This document shows positions 32,919 to 42,648 of a stretch of 64,000 nucleotides of DNA, piece by piece. The notes beneath the pieces are model-generated. The model did no database searches, was not told the origin of the DNA, and saw only the letters and a program-made list of their open reading frames with translations. Origin of the DNA: an uncultured Nitrospiraceae bacterium (GTDB lineage: Bacteria; Nitrospirota; Nitrospiria; Nitrospirales; Nitrospiraceae). Location: contig CAVSTP010000004.1 in assembly GCA_963730935.1 (NCBI GenBank), positions 1,664,001-1,728,000 of the forward strand, written 5' to 3'. Position numbers and translations under genes: made by a program. Positions within the stretch are counted from its first letter, which is position 1; the number at the start of each line of letters is the position of its first letter.

Positions 32919-33961
32919 GCTGCGGAGGATCCTTCCTGCGCAGGCGATGTGACGACCGAGGGGCGCGGCATGCGGACATCGATTTTTTTCAGCGCAAAGG
33001 TGGAGCCCAGCAGCACCGCCATGGTGCCGAGACACAGGCTCCAAGCCGTGTCCTGTCCGACCATCATCAGCAGCAGGCCGATGGCGGCGACGAGGGCCGT
33101 CGCGACATAGCTCACGAGCACGATCCCGGGAACCGTCATGCCCCAATGCCGCAAGCGGATCGCGATGTGATCAGGGCTGCCCCAAAAAATGGGAAGACCT
33201 CGTTGATAGCGGATCCACATGACAAACAACGTGTCGAAAATGGGAATGCCGAGGATGAACGCCGGCGTCAACACCGAGAACGGATGGTCGCTCGGATATT
33301 TGCCGATCATGGCCATCGCGCCCAGCAACAACCCGATGAACATTGCGCCCGTGTCTCCCATGTAAATCCTGGCAGGATGCCAGTTGTACTTGAGAAATCC
33401 CACCAAGCTGCCGGTCAGCGCGGCGAGCATAAACACGATCGTTTGATCGCCTTGTAGCCAGGCCGCAATAAACAGCCCTCCGGCGCTGACCGCCCCGACA
33501 CCCGCCGAGAGCCCGTCCATGATATCCAAGAGATTAAAGGCATTGATCATCCCGATCATCCAGAACACCGTCAACACCAGGTCCACCCACTCGGGCAGCG
33601 CCGCGATCTCAATTCTGATGCCGCTCTTGATCAAGACAAACACGGCGAGCAACTGTCCGGCCAGCTTCGTCCATGGCGTCAGCACGCCGAAATCGTCGAT
33701 GAGTCCGAGCATGACGACGATGGTTCCTCCGAGGATGATGCCGAGAACGTCGTGGCGGAACTCGAAGGTGAACGCGAGGCTCATCAGGAAGGCCAGATAG
33801 ATGGCCAGGCCTCCGAAATAGGGCACCGGCTCCTGTTGATGTTTAAGCCGGCCGTCCGGCGCATCCACGATGCCGTATTTCAGCGCCGCCTGCCTGGCGA
33901 TAGGAACACCGTACAAGGCCAGTGCGAACGACAAGATGAATGTCAGCAGCAGAAGAGACAT
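32915..33961 (-). CDS. Undecaprenyl-phosphate sugar-1-P transferase (WecA/TagO/MraY family)
   Basis: D.PDGRLKH..PVPYFGG, GLIDD, NAFNLLDIMDGL, NWHPARIYMGDTGA; multiple TM segments. Confidence 0.9.
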   Translation of the reverse strand: MSLLLLTFILSFALALYGVPIARQAALKYGIVDAPDGRLKHQQEPVPYFGGLAIYLAFLMSLAFTFEFRHDVLGIILGGTIVVMLGLIDDFGVLTPWTKLAGQLLAVFVLIKSGIRIEIAALPEWVDLVLTVFWMIGMINAFNLLDIMDGLSAGVGAVSAGGLFIAAWLQGDQTIVFMLAALTGSLVGFLKYNWHPARIYMGDTGAMFIGLLLGAMAMIGKYPSDHPFSVLTPAFILGIPIFDTLFVMWIRYQRGLPIFWGSPDHIAIRLRHWGMTVPGIVLVSYVATALVAAIGLLLMMVGQDTAWSLCLGTMAVLLGSTFALKKIDVRMPRPSVVTSPAQEGSSAA

Positions 33962-33982
33962 CGTTGTGCCTTCATGACTTCC

Positions 33983-35107
33983 CTATCCACCATAGGCATG
34001 AGCCAAACAAGCTTCGTACACCTGTTCATGCCGCTGAACGACGGTGGACATTTGAAATGCAGCGAGCACACGTGCCCGCCCCCGAATTCCCATCTGCCTG
34101 GCTCGCTCTGGATCGCGCAGCAGAGACCCCATCGCGTCGGCGAGTGCCGCGGCGTTTCCAGGCTCCACGAGCAGTCCAGTCTCGCCCGGCACGACGAATT
34201 CCGGGATGCCGCCGACCGCCGTGGCCACCACCGGTTTTCCAGCGGCCATGGCTTCGAGAATCGCGATGCCGAACCCTTCATACAGCGACGGCAGCACGAA
34301 GAGATCCAACAGCGGGAGGATCCTTGGTATGTCTCTCCTCGCGCCGGCGAATACCGTGCAGTCGGAAAGACCCAACTGCCGGCTCAGCGCCTCGAGGGAC
34401 TCACGCGCTGGCCCCTCACCCACAATCAGGAGCTGGCAGCGTGGATCGTTGCCGCCCATGTTCAACGCCGCCATCGCCTGCAACAGCACGCTTAAGCCCT
34501 TTTTGGGTTCGACGAGACGGCACACCGTCCCGACCATCGGTCCCCCGTCCCGCAGGCGCAGCTCTTTTCTGCTCGTGGCATCGCCCGCCGCAAACTGACC
34601 GGCATCGACGCCGAACGGAATGATCGTCTGCAGAGCGGCCGGTGCGCCGAGACAGTTCGAGACCGAGCGTCGCACAGCTTCCGAGCAACAGACCACTGCA
34701 TGGGACCATTGGAACGTGAAACGGTCGATCATCCGCACAAGGCGCCCTTCACTCACGATCTCGTCATGATAGGAGCACACCACCCGGACCGCTTTGGACA
34801 GACGCCCCAACAGGCGAGCCGCCAGATTGGCCCAAAACAGAAACGACTGAATCACGTCCGGCCGCTCCTCCTGCATCAGTTTCCACAAGCGAACCAAGAC
34901 CCGAAGGTCAAATTTTCCAGCTCCGTTGAGGCAGACCACCCGTACGCCCCGCCGGCGAAGTTCCTCCACCAAGCATCCGCCGCTCTTCAGGGAGCAGACC
35001 GTCACATCGAACTTCGAGCGGTCGATGCCCGACGCCAACTCAAGCACATGCGTTTCGGTCCCTCCGACTCCCAGCCCCACCGCCAACAGCATGACCTTAG
35101 TTCGCAT
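33983..35107 (-). CDS. Glycosyltransferase family 4
   Basis: LGVGGTE, PSLYEGFGIAILEAMAAGKPVVATAVGGIPE. Confidence 0.92.
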   Translation of the reverse strand: MRTKVMLLAVGLGVGGTETHVLELASGIDRSKFDVTVCSLKSGGCLVEELRRRGVRVVCLNGAGKFDLRVLVRLWKLMQEERPDVIQSFLFWANLAARLLGRLSKAVRVVCSYHDEIVSEGRLVRMIDRFTFQWSHAVVCCSEAVRRSVSNCLGAPAALQTIIPFGVDAGQFAAGDATSRKELRLRDGGPMVGTVCRLVEPKKGLSVLLQAMAALNMGGNDPRCQLLIVGEGPARESLEALSRQLGLSDCTVFAGARRDIPRILPLLDLFVLPSLYEGFGIAILEAMAAGKPVVATAVGGIPEFVVPGETGLLVEPGNAAALADAMGSLLRDPERARQMGIRGRARVLAAFQMSTVVQRHEQVYEACLAHAYGG

Positions 35108-36479
35108 GGTGGAGCGCACCGGCAGAGGGTACGCGCACGAGGATCGAGTCATACCAGTCCAAATAGGCGCGCACTTGTCGGTGGATATCGAACCGGTCCT
35201 TCACCATTTGCTGCGCTTCGCCTGCCATCAACAGGCGAATGCCTTCTCGCTCGAGCAGCCGGACGACTTGTTGAGCCATACCTTCGGCGTCGCCGGCAGG
35301 AACGAGGAATCCCGTTCGCCCGTCGATGACTTGTTCCGGAATCCCGCCCACCGCAGTGGCAACGACCGGCACACCGCACGCAGCGGCTTCAATCACGGAA
35401 CTTGGAAACGTATCGGCCTTCGCGGCGTGCACGTAGACGTCCGCCGCCTGGTAGTACCGTGCCACGAACGAGGGAGCGTCCTGATACGGCACGAACTGGA
35501 TCCGCGCCGTTCCAATCGATTCCTCTTTTCCGATGTCGCCGAGTGCGATGAACAGTACCGGCTGTTCTTTCATCATCTCGGCGATGCGCGCGAGTGCCGC
35601 CCGCATCGTTTGATAGTCCTTCCACATATTCTGTTTGACGCCGTTTGCGGCGAACAGGAGGATGTGGGCGTCTTGCGGCAGACCGAGCCGTGACCGCGCC
35701 TCTCGCCGATCGGCGCCGGTAAAGATCGTCAGATCGATACCGTTTGGAATCACGCGTTGCTCGACACAGGCCGGCTTCAGCATCGATGCATCCACCTTGT
35801 CCATCAGCCACCGCGAGGGGGTCGCGACATACAGGCGGCTTCGGGCGAAGATGCGTTGCTTGCGCTGCCAGTTGTAGTCCGTGGCATCACGGTTCGCTGC
35901 CGGATAGATGGTCAGGTCCGGGCAGTCGCCGCAGCCCGTCTTCCATCGCTCGCAGGAGAACGAATGCGCGCAGTGTCCGCTGAGCAGCCAAGCGTCATGG
36001 AGCGTCAGGACGAGTGGAAACATCCGGCTGAGGGACGGCAGAGCGGCGATGTCGAAATAACCACCGTCTCTCAACCATCCTCCGTGAAGATTGTGGCAAT
36101 GAAGAATGTCCGGCCTTTTCTTGAGTGCCGTGGGGATTCGCCAGGTACCGGGAAAATCGAAATCTTCACGGCCTTGCCGACGCTCCCACCAGCGGCGCGG
36201 CTGCCCCACGACGAGCCGGATTGCGTGCTGCAGGTGACGGACGCCCCGCAGCGGTCCCAGCGAGTTTGCAATGCGTTCGGCGGCAGCCATGCAGCGCTGG
36301 CTCCACCGGCTGCGGAGGTTGTCGTGGGTCAATTCCACAACATCGGGGTCCTGACTGCGCTTGCAGCCCACGGCCAAGGCAGATCCGTGGCCGCCGTTGC
36401 GGTACGCATGGAACAGCTGCCAGGCCACCGATTCCGCCCCGCCGGCCTTGTCGGCTGTACTGATCTGCAGGATGTGCAT
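35097..36479 (-). CDS. Glycosyltransferase family 4 (WcaC-like)
   Basis: GGAE, HCHNLHG, TLHDAWLLSGHCAH, CGDCP, TFPSSVIEAAACGVPVV. Confidence 0.88.
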   Translation of the reverse strand: MHILQISTADKAGGAESVAWQLFHAYRNGGHGSALAVGCKRSQDPDVVELTHDNLRSRWSQRCMAAAERIANSLGPLRGVRHLQHAIRLVVGQPRRWWERRQGREDFDFPGTWRIPTALKKRPDILHCHNLHGGWLRDGGYFDIAALPSLSRMFPLVLTLHDAWLLSGHCAHSFSCERWKTGCGDCPDLTIYPAANRDATDYNWQRKQRIFARSRLYVATPSRWLMDKVDASMLKPACVEQRVIPNGIDLTIFTGADRREARSRLGLPQDAHILLFAANGVKQNMWKDYQTMRAALARIAEMMKEQPVLFIALGDIGKEESIGTARIQFVPYQDAPSFVARYYQAADVYVHAAKADTFPSSVIEAAACGVPVVATAVGGIPEQVIDGRTGFLVPAGDAEGMAQQVVRLLEREGIRLLMAGEAQQMVKDRFDIHRQVRAYLDWYDSILVRVPSAGALHHAN

Positions 36480-36497
36480 AGGGGAATAGGATACCGG

Positions 36498-37406
36498 TTA
36501 GACCGTGAATCCGGTAATGATTTCCCATTCCTTTCCGGACCACACAACCACCCGCGACGGGTAACAGATCCCTATGCGGAACAAGGGCAATTGCAGGTAT
36601 TTGGGAAGGCGGGCGAACGAATATTGGCGGAAGATTTTCCAGAGGATTCCGCGGGTGAGATTTTCGATCCGGCCGGTCGGCCAGAAGCCTTTTGCCCGGA
36701 GCACCTGTTCGGCCTCCGCCATGTAGCGGTCGCGGTAGAGCACGGATTTCTGAGCCCCGTGCGATCGAAAACCTCCAAGCAGTGCCTGAGCGCCGAAAAG
36801 CTCGGCATGGTCGTAAAATCTGGCCCAGAGTTCAAAGTCGGCCGCCATGTGTAGCCCCGTATCCAACCGGCCCCCGGCGCGATCCCAGAGCGACCGTCGC
36901 CAGAAGGTCGACTCCTGTTGGATCCACCGCCGCCCGTAGGAGCCCTTCGCGGGGAAATTGCCTCCCCGGACGAACGAATGCCGGCTGAAGCCGCCGGTAA
37001 AATCGACGGCCACCGCCTGCCCCTGCTGATTCCAACTCACCGGATGCACGCTCGTCAGCCAGTCGATCTCCGGAAACGACGAAAAGATCTCTGCGACGAC
37101 AGACAAGGTCCAGGGCGTGTACTTGTCGTCACTGTTGAGCCACGCCATGATGTCTCCGGTCGTCCGCGCAAATCCCTTGTTAATGGCGTCATACTGGCCC
37201 TGGTCAGGCTCGCTGACCCAATAGGCCAACCGGTCGGCGTAGCGTCGGATGATCGTTGCGCTGCCGTCCGACGAACCCCCGTCGATGACCACGTACTCCA
37301 CGTGTGGATAGGTTTGACCGAGCACAGATTGCATGGCTTCCTCCAGGAATTGCCCCTGGTTGAAGGAGGGAGTCACGATGGAAATGGTCGGACGTCGCTC
37401 AGTCAT
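36498..37406 (-). CDS. Glycosyltransferase family 2
   Basis: ISIVTPSFNQ, IDGGSSDG, AINKG, WLNSDD, DFELW. Confidence 0.92.
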   Translation of the reverse strand: MTERRPTISIVTPSFNQGQFLEEAMQSVLGQTYPHVEYVVIDGGSSDGSATIIRRYADRLAYWVSEPDQGQYDAINKGFARTTGDIMAWLNSDDKYTPWTLSVVAEIFSSFPEIDWLTSVHPVSWNQQGQAVAVDFTGGFSRHSFVRGGNFPAKGSYGRRWIQQESTFWRRSLWDRAGGRLDTGLHMAADFELWARFYDHAELFGAQALLGGFRSHGAQKSVLYRDRYMAEAEQVLRAKGFWPTGRIENLTRGILWKIFRQYSFARLPKYLQLPLFRIGICYPSRVVVWSGKEWEIITGFTV

Positions 37407-38268
37407 GACGATGGCCGGCAAAGACTTTGTCCAGGTATCGCTGCATCTGTTGGTTTTGTGCGTCCCGCTGCTCGGCAGTCGCGTAAAAATGATGCCGTCG
37501 GAATATGCCGTCTTCCTTGACGAACGCGATGTCCGCCTGCGACAGCGCACTGTCGAGCGGGCGGTATTGCCGTCCGACGATGTCGTACGGCACAAACCCC
37601 CTCGCCTTCATATAGGTGAGGATGTCCACGCATTCCGGTCCGCCCTCGAAGAATTTGAAGAAGGACACCTCCAGAACGACAAGCTCGGTGTTGCTCAGCG
37701 TACGTTCGGCACCTTTCAGCACGTCGAGCTCTGCACCCTGAACGTCCACCTTGAGCAGATATGGACCGTCTGCGCCGGCTTCGCGCACGAGGCGGTCGAC
37801 CGTGAGAGAACGCACGGTTCGCGTCACGCCGTTGACGCCCGTACCGGTTTCGATTTCACGGTACAGAGAGGAGCCGACGAGGTCCGGATGCACATTGATC
37901 GCAAGATCTCCTTCGAGGGCGGACGCGGCGGCAATCGTGAACTCGACGGATGGCGACGACTGCTTCACCTGCACGAGCAGCGGTCGATATTCCTCGAGCG
38001 GCTCAATGAGCAGATAGCGAGTATCCGGAAACACGCTCTGACAGAGACGCGTGAACGATCCATAGGCCGCACCGACATCGATGACGGCACGCGGTACGAA
38101 TCCCATCGTGCGGGCCTGCTCGAGCGTGTGGAGGACCGACTCTCTGTGAAGAGACAAACCGTTGCCCGGCGCGATCCGGCGGATTTCAAATCCGGCCAGC
38201 GCGAACATCCGTTGGATGCAGGTTTTGATGTGCCTACGGCTCACAAGGCTCATCTCCTTCCCTGCCAT
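37399..38268 (-). CDS. FkbM family methyltransferase
   Basis: VIDVGAAYG, IEP, LKVDVQGAELDVLKG. Confidence 0.88.
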   Translation of the reverse strand: MAGKEMSLVSRRHIKTCIQRMFALAGFEIRRIAPGNGLSLHRESVLHTLEQARTMGFVPRAVIDVGAAYGSFTRLCQSVFPDTRYLLIEPLEEYRPLLVQVKQSSPSVEFTIAAASALEGDLAINVHPDLVGSSLYREIETGTGVNGVTRTVRSLTVDRLVREAGADGPYLLKVDVQGAELDVLKGAERTLSNTELVVLEVSFFKFFEGGPECVDILTYMKARGFVPYDIVGRQYRPLDSALSQADIAFVKEDGIFRRHHFYATAEQRDAQNQQMQRYLDKVFAGHRHD

Positions 38269-39307
38269 CCCACCATGCCGCCAGCATGTTGGCGAACTGC
38301 TCTTCGGTCCAGTCTCTCACGACGAACCGCGGCATCTGATAGATGTCGGACGTGCTGGTCACGGTGTCGGGAAAGTTCGAGCAGGCGAGCGCAAACCCCT
38401 CTTCGTTGACGAGCACCGCCGTGTCTTTCGTATAGTCCGCCCTCGTCCCATAGGGATACGCAAACGTTCTGACCGGCCGACCCATGATCGCTTCGAGGCA
38501 TTCCTTGCTGGAGGCGATTTCCTTGCGCTGAGCGGTGAGCGGAAGGTTCGCCAAGACCTGGTGCGAGGCCGTGTGGGCACCGACCTCGACCCCGGGCGCT
38601 TCGGCCATACGCCGGACATCCTCTCGTGTCAGCATCCGAGGGCTGGGACTCCGGTCATCACTGACGCTGGCCCAGGCACGAAGGTCGCAGAGCGCGCGTT
38701 GCCGAGTCTCCTCGGTGAGGGGCTTGAACAGGCGGCACAGGGTCCGGTAGAGACGGTGACGCTCGGTCGGATCGTCGCAACGCAGCACATTCCACGTCCT
38801 GTGTGCCGCGAAATCCGCATTCGTGTATTCAGCGTCACGGCCCATGTCCCATTCGAACACCCGTCCATCGATCTCCAGTTTGAGGGAAGAAGGCAGCAAC
38901 GAGGGATGGAGCAAGCGCTGCTCCAGTTCGTCCCACCAGAATGCCGAACCTGTTGCAAGCGCTGCGGTCGCGACGAACACGGTGGCCGGGACCTTGCACG
39001 AATCGAGAATGGGCTTCGCATGCGAAAGATTGTCGGCGTACCCATCGTCGAACGTCACGGCGACCAGTCGGGAACCGGTGCCACCACTCGGCATCCGGCT
39101 CACCAGCTCATGGAGGCTGACGACCTCGAAATGACGTGACAGATGCGTCATCTGATCGGCAAACCGCTCAGGCGTCACGGACAGCAACTGAGGATCCGTC
39201 GCAGGAGCGGCGACCCTGTGGTAAAGCAGAATGAATCCAACGGGACGGGTGCGAGGCCAGAGCCTCCGCATCCGGGCGCTGATTCTGGACAGGCTGGGGA
39301 TGTTCAT
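38234..39307 (-). CDS. Polysaccharide deacetylase (NodB/CE4)
   Basis: ILLYHRV, VTFDDGYADN, GAHTASH, FAYPYG. Confidence 0.9.
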   Translation of the reverse strand: MNIPSLSRISARMRRLWPRTRPVGFILLYHRVAAPATDPQLLSVTPERFADQMTHLSRHFEVVSLHELVSRMPSGGTGSRLVAVTFDDGYADNLSHAKPILDSCKVPATVFVATAALATGSAFWWDELEQRLLHPSLLPSSLKLEIDGRVFEWDMGRDAEYTNADFAAHRTWNVLRCDDPTERHRLYRTLCRLFKPLTEETRQRALCDLRAWASVSDDRSPSPRMLTREDVRRMAEAPGVEVGAHTASHQVLANLPLTAQRKEIASSKECLEAIMGRPVRTFAYPYGTRADYTKDTAVLVNEEGFALACSNFPDTVTSTSDIYQMPRFVVRDWTEEQFANMLAAWWDGREGDEPCEP

Positions 39308-39365
39308 GTGGTCATGATCATTTCGCGGTTACCCGGGAGGATTGCCGGCGCTCACCAGCGGAGGA

Positions 39366-40187
39366 TCACACAGCGGACGCACGTTGGCGGAAGACGGCAA
39401 TCGCGTCTCGAGGAATAAAGCCAACATCGGATGAAATCACCTGGAGGTCAAGCGCTTTCAGGAAATGTTCCATCAACTGTGGACACATGGTTCCGAAGGC
39501 GCAAAACGAGGTCCGTTGTTTCACGTTGCCTTCCAGATCGGCTTCGAACTGCCGCCATCCAATCGGTGAAATGACCGAGGCATAATGGATCAACCCGATG
39601 CCGCCGGGCTTCAAGAGCCGTGCAATCTGGCGCAAGTACCAGTGCACGAGCCTCGGCTCGAAATGCACAAAGACGTCGAACGAAGCGACGAAATCCAAGC
39701 TGTGTTGGGCCAGCGGAGGCAACGTCATGCCGTCTGTGACGTAGGTCCTGAGCGCAGGATGGTCCTCAAACCTGGCGCGCAGACGCTTGAGCATTCCTTC
39801 GGACGGATCGGCCGCATGCAAGACCTCGGTCCTTGGAAGCAGAAGCGAAGTCAACCGGCCTCCGCCCGGACCGATCTCAAGCCCTTCCTTGCTGTGGGCC
39901 GGGAGGTAGCGGTCGAGCACCTGATCGCTCAAGCACTTCGAAAAATTCTTGATGGTGGCCTCATCCAAGCCGTATGTCGTGCCCCCTCCGCTCGTATCTT
40001 CCGCCGTCCACTCATCCCCGAGATGCTTCACCTGGTTCCCGGACAGGACTGCAAACCGGTCGGCCTTCCATCGTTTTGCATACTCATCCCAGCCTCGTGC
40101 GATCATGGACGGTTCTCCGCCATCGGATTGGGCCATGGGGCCCGACCACCAATGCAGCGGATTCAGCATGCGTTGCCAGGTCGTCAC
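39366..40187 (-). CDS. Class I SAM-dependent methyltransferase
   Basis: LEIGPGGGR, DFVASFDVFVH, LLKPGG. Confidence 0.82.
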   Translation of the reverse strand: MTTWQRMLNPLHWWSGPMAQSDGGEPSMIARGWDEYAKRWKADRFAVLSGNQVKHLGDEWTAEDTSGGGTTYGLDEATIKNFSKCLSDQVLDRYLPAHSKEGLEIGPGGGRLTSLLLPRTEVLHAADPSEGMLKRLRARFEDHPALRTYVTDGMTLPPLAQHSLDFVASFDVFVHFEPRLVHWYLRQIARLLKPGGIGLIHYASVISPIGWRQFEADLEGNVKQRTSFCAFGTMCPQLMEHFLKALDLQVISSDVGFIPRDAIAVFRQRASAV

Positions 40188-40990
40188 GGGCGCTCTCCCT
40201 TCTGCATGACGGGCTTTACGGCACGGGCGGTGATCACGAGTTGAAAATCGTCATTGCGTGTTGCTAACTCTTCCGGCCGCAGCTCATCCACGGTCAAGCC
40301 ATGCAGGTAAGCGACGGCCAACAGCGCGTTACCCTCCGACTGGACGACAACTTGATCTGGCGGCCAACATTCTTCCAACAGACGCCTGGCTGAGGCCGTG
40401 GTAAACCGCCAATAGTCTCCCCACCGGTCCATGTCGTAGCGGCTGATCTGGCTGATCCCCGTGAACGAGGACAACAGCACTCCGCCTGGGCGAAGAATCC
40501 GATGCAGTGTCCGGACGGCCGCATGCACGTCATAGATGAACTGCAACGTCTGCGTACAGATGATGCAGTCAAACGATTCGGAGGCAATGGCATCGGCGGA
40601 GGTCAAATCGGCGACGATCGTGGCGCCCCCGCCCGGCCGTACGTGCAACACGTCGCGTTGATCGACCTTGGCGCCGCCGTACCGTGTGGTGTAGCGGTCG
40701 TCCCCGATTTCGAGCACGCACCCGCGGATGTCTGATTGATGGGCCTTGAGGAACCGCTCGATGAACACAATGTCGATACAGCGCTCTCGATCTCCCCGAT
40801 CGAGGCCGAACATCCGGCTGATCGGCGTCGTGCGGCGCAGGCTCCCGAACTGCACCCGGCCGACTGGCGGCCAGACCGCTAGGCGGCGCCAGCGAGTCAT
40901 GCAGCGTTGCATCACGGCTTGCAGCAACTCGAACAGTCTTGCCCTCCCCGACGCTTGGTGGATGCCTTCGTGACCGGACATCGTCTTCAT
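40184..40990 (-). CDS. Class I SAM-dependent methyltransferase
   Basis: DIRGCVLEIG, ADLT, FDCIICTQTLQF, ILRPGG, DYWRFT; ATGA coupling at 40987-40990. Confidence 0.82.
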   Translation of the reverse strand: MKTMSGHEGIHQASGRARLFELLQAVMQRCMTRWRRLAVWPPVGRVQFGSLRRTTPISRMFGLDRGDRERCIDIVFIERFLKAHQSDIRGCVLEIGDDRYTTRYGGAKVDQRDVLHVRPGGGATIVADLTSADAIASESFDCIICTQTLQFIYDVHAAVRTLHRILRPGGVLLSSFTGISQISRYDMDRWGDYWRFTTASARRLLEECWPPDQVVVQSEGNALLAVAYLHGLTVDELRPEELATRNDDFQLVITARAVKPVMQKGERP

Positions 40991-41778
40991 GAGCCCGGAC
41001 GGTACCGCGGCGACCAATTCAGCGGTTTTTGAATACGGGCGCAGATCAACAGCGGAAAATCGGGATCAACGGTTTCCAGTTCCTGCCTCGTGAGTTCTTC
41101 CGACGGAATGCCCGCCATATAGGCCGCCAGCGCAAAATAGTTTCCGTAGGTCTTCAACTGACGATGGGCTTCATCGATGCCCAGTTCACTGCACACCGTT
41201 TCGACCAGGCAAGGCGTAAACCACCAGTACACGTGCGCGTTCTGTCCACTCCCCAGCGAAATGCCGTTGACCGGATAGCCGCTGCGGCACGGGAAGTTAA
41301 TCAGTAATACTCCGCCCGGCTTCAACATCCGAATACTATGGTAGAGGGCCGCACGGAATTCGTAGATGATATGAATGGTGAACTGATTGACGAAACAATC
41401 GAACTGGTCGGACGGCACATGATCGGCCTTCGTCAGATCCGCCACGATCGTGACGCTTGGATCCGAAGACGCCACATCAATGGCTTCGGCCGAGGTGAGG
41501 CGGCTTCCCCCAAAATGGCGGATGGTGCCGGTCACACCGATCTCCAGGGCCCGTCCACGAATGTCTTCTTGCCGTTCTTCGAGGAACCGGTTCCAATAAT
41601 ACCGCACGACCTGGATCCCGACGGCACGGCCCGGATACACTGCCGACGTCCGTCGAAGGCTGAAGCACCGCAGATTCCTCGCCACCGGCAGCTTCAACCA
41701 CTCATGCTTCAAGAGTGAGACGCGGTGTTTGAGACGAACGGCCAGGGAGGCCGCGTCCTGCCATGCTCGAGCGGTCAT
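40987..41778 (-). CDS. Class I SAM-dependent methyltransferase (paralog of 40184-40990)
   Basis: DIRGRALEIG, ADLT, FDCFV, MLKPGG, YWWFT. Confidence 0.8.
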   Translation of the reverse strand: MTARAWQDAASLAVRLKHRVSLLKHEWLKLPVARNLRCFSLRRTSAVYPGRAVGIQVVRYYWNRFLEERQEDIRGRALEIGVTGTIRHFGGSRLTSAEAIDVASSDPSVTIVADLTKADHVPSDQFDCFVNQFTIHIIYEFRAALYHSIRMLKPGGVLLINFPCRSGYPVNGISLGSGQNAHVYWWFTPCLVETVCSELGIDEAHRQLKTYGNYFALAAYMAGIPSEELTRQELETVDPDFPLLICARIQKPLNWSPRYRPGS

Positions 41779-42647
41779 CGGACCTCTCCTGTCGGCGGTG
41801 CCCCTGTCCGCTTCGCATAGAGCAAGAGAAAGTACCGGCTCTCCTGCGCTAGCCGGAACGGCGGCTGCACGCTGCCGTTGGTCTCGGAATCAAAATCGTT
41901 GATCAGGTACTCGAACCCCTGGCGATCCAACAGCTCCAGGATGTGGTGCAGCGTCCGCGGCAGGCCCGGCAGATGGTGATATTCGATCACCATCTCGTTG
42001 ACGAGCCGCAAGCGCTCGCCGCTGTCGGCCAACGCTTCCCATTCCGCCCCCTCGATGTTGATCTTCAGAAAATCGATCGGCCCGGCAAGATAGCTTGATA
42101 GCCGCACGCAAGGCACGCGCTGTTTGGTCCAGCCTTCCTCCAGCGGAGCCGTCTCGGAAGCTAGGTTGCTCGCGTACTTTCCGTCGGAGTGAAACGTCAG
42201 GGAGCCTTCGCGCCCGCAGACCGCGGCTTGCACCAACCGGACGTCGTGCATGCCGTGCCTCGTCATATTATCTTGGAGGTACCCAAAGACGACCGGATCT
42301 GGCTCGAACGTGGTGATCTGCGCCTCGGGATAGATCAGCTTGTAATACAAGACGGACATGCCGATGTTTCCGCCGCAGTCGAGGATGGTCGGCGCCGGAG
42401 ACTCCGTGTCAAAATGATAGATGCGGTTGATGAAAATGTCCTTGTACTGCATGAAAAAGTTGGGACCGTCGTTGATCCGCACCATGTAGGGGCCGCAAGG
42501 GAGGAGCATGCCGGGCCTGGCTTCGAAGGAGCGGGCACGGACTCGGTCGAGATGCCACTGGTCCTTCCAGCCGCTCAGATCCCGTTCGATCCTGCGCAGG
42601 GCAGGCTTCATGGCATCGGGAACGAAGGCTTTGAGCATCGCGCGCAT
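41775..42647 (-). CDS. FkbM family methyltransferase
   Basis: ILDCGGNIG, FEPDP, FLKINIEGAE, IEYH. Confidence 0.88.
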   Translation of the reverse strand: MRAMLKAFVPDAMKPALRRIERDLSGWKDQWHLDRVRARSFEARPGMLLPCGPYMVRINDGPNFFMQYKDIFINRIYHFDTESPAPTILDCGGNIGMSVLYYKLIYPEAQITTFEPDPVVFGYLQDNMTRHGMHDVRLVQAAVCGREGSLTFHSDGKYASNLASETAPLEEGWTKQRVPCVRLSSYLAGPIDFLKINIEGAEWEALADSGERLRLVNEMVIEYHHLPGLPRTLHHILELLDRQGFEYLINDFDSETNGSVQPPFRLAQESRYFLLLYAKRTGAPPTGEVR

Positions 42648-42648
42648 G

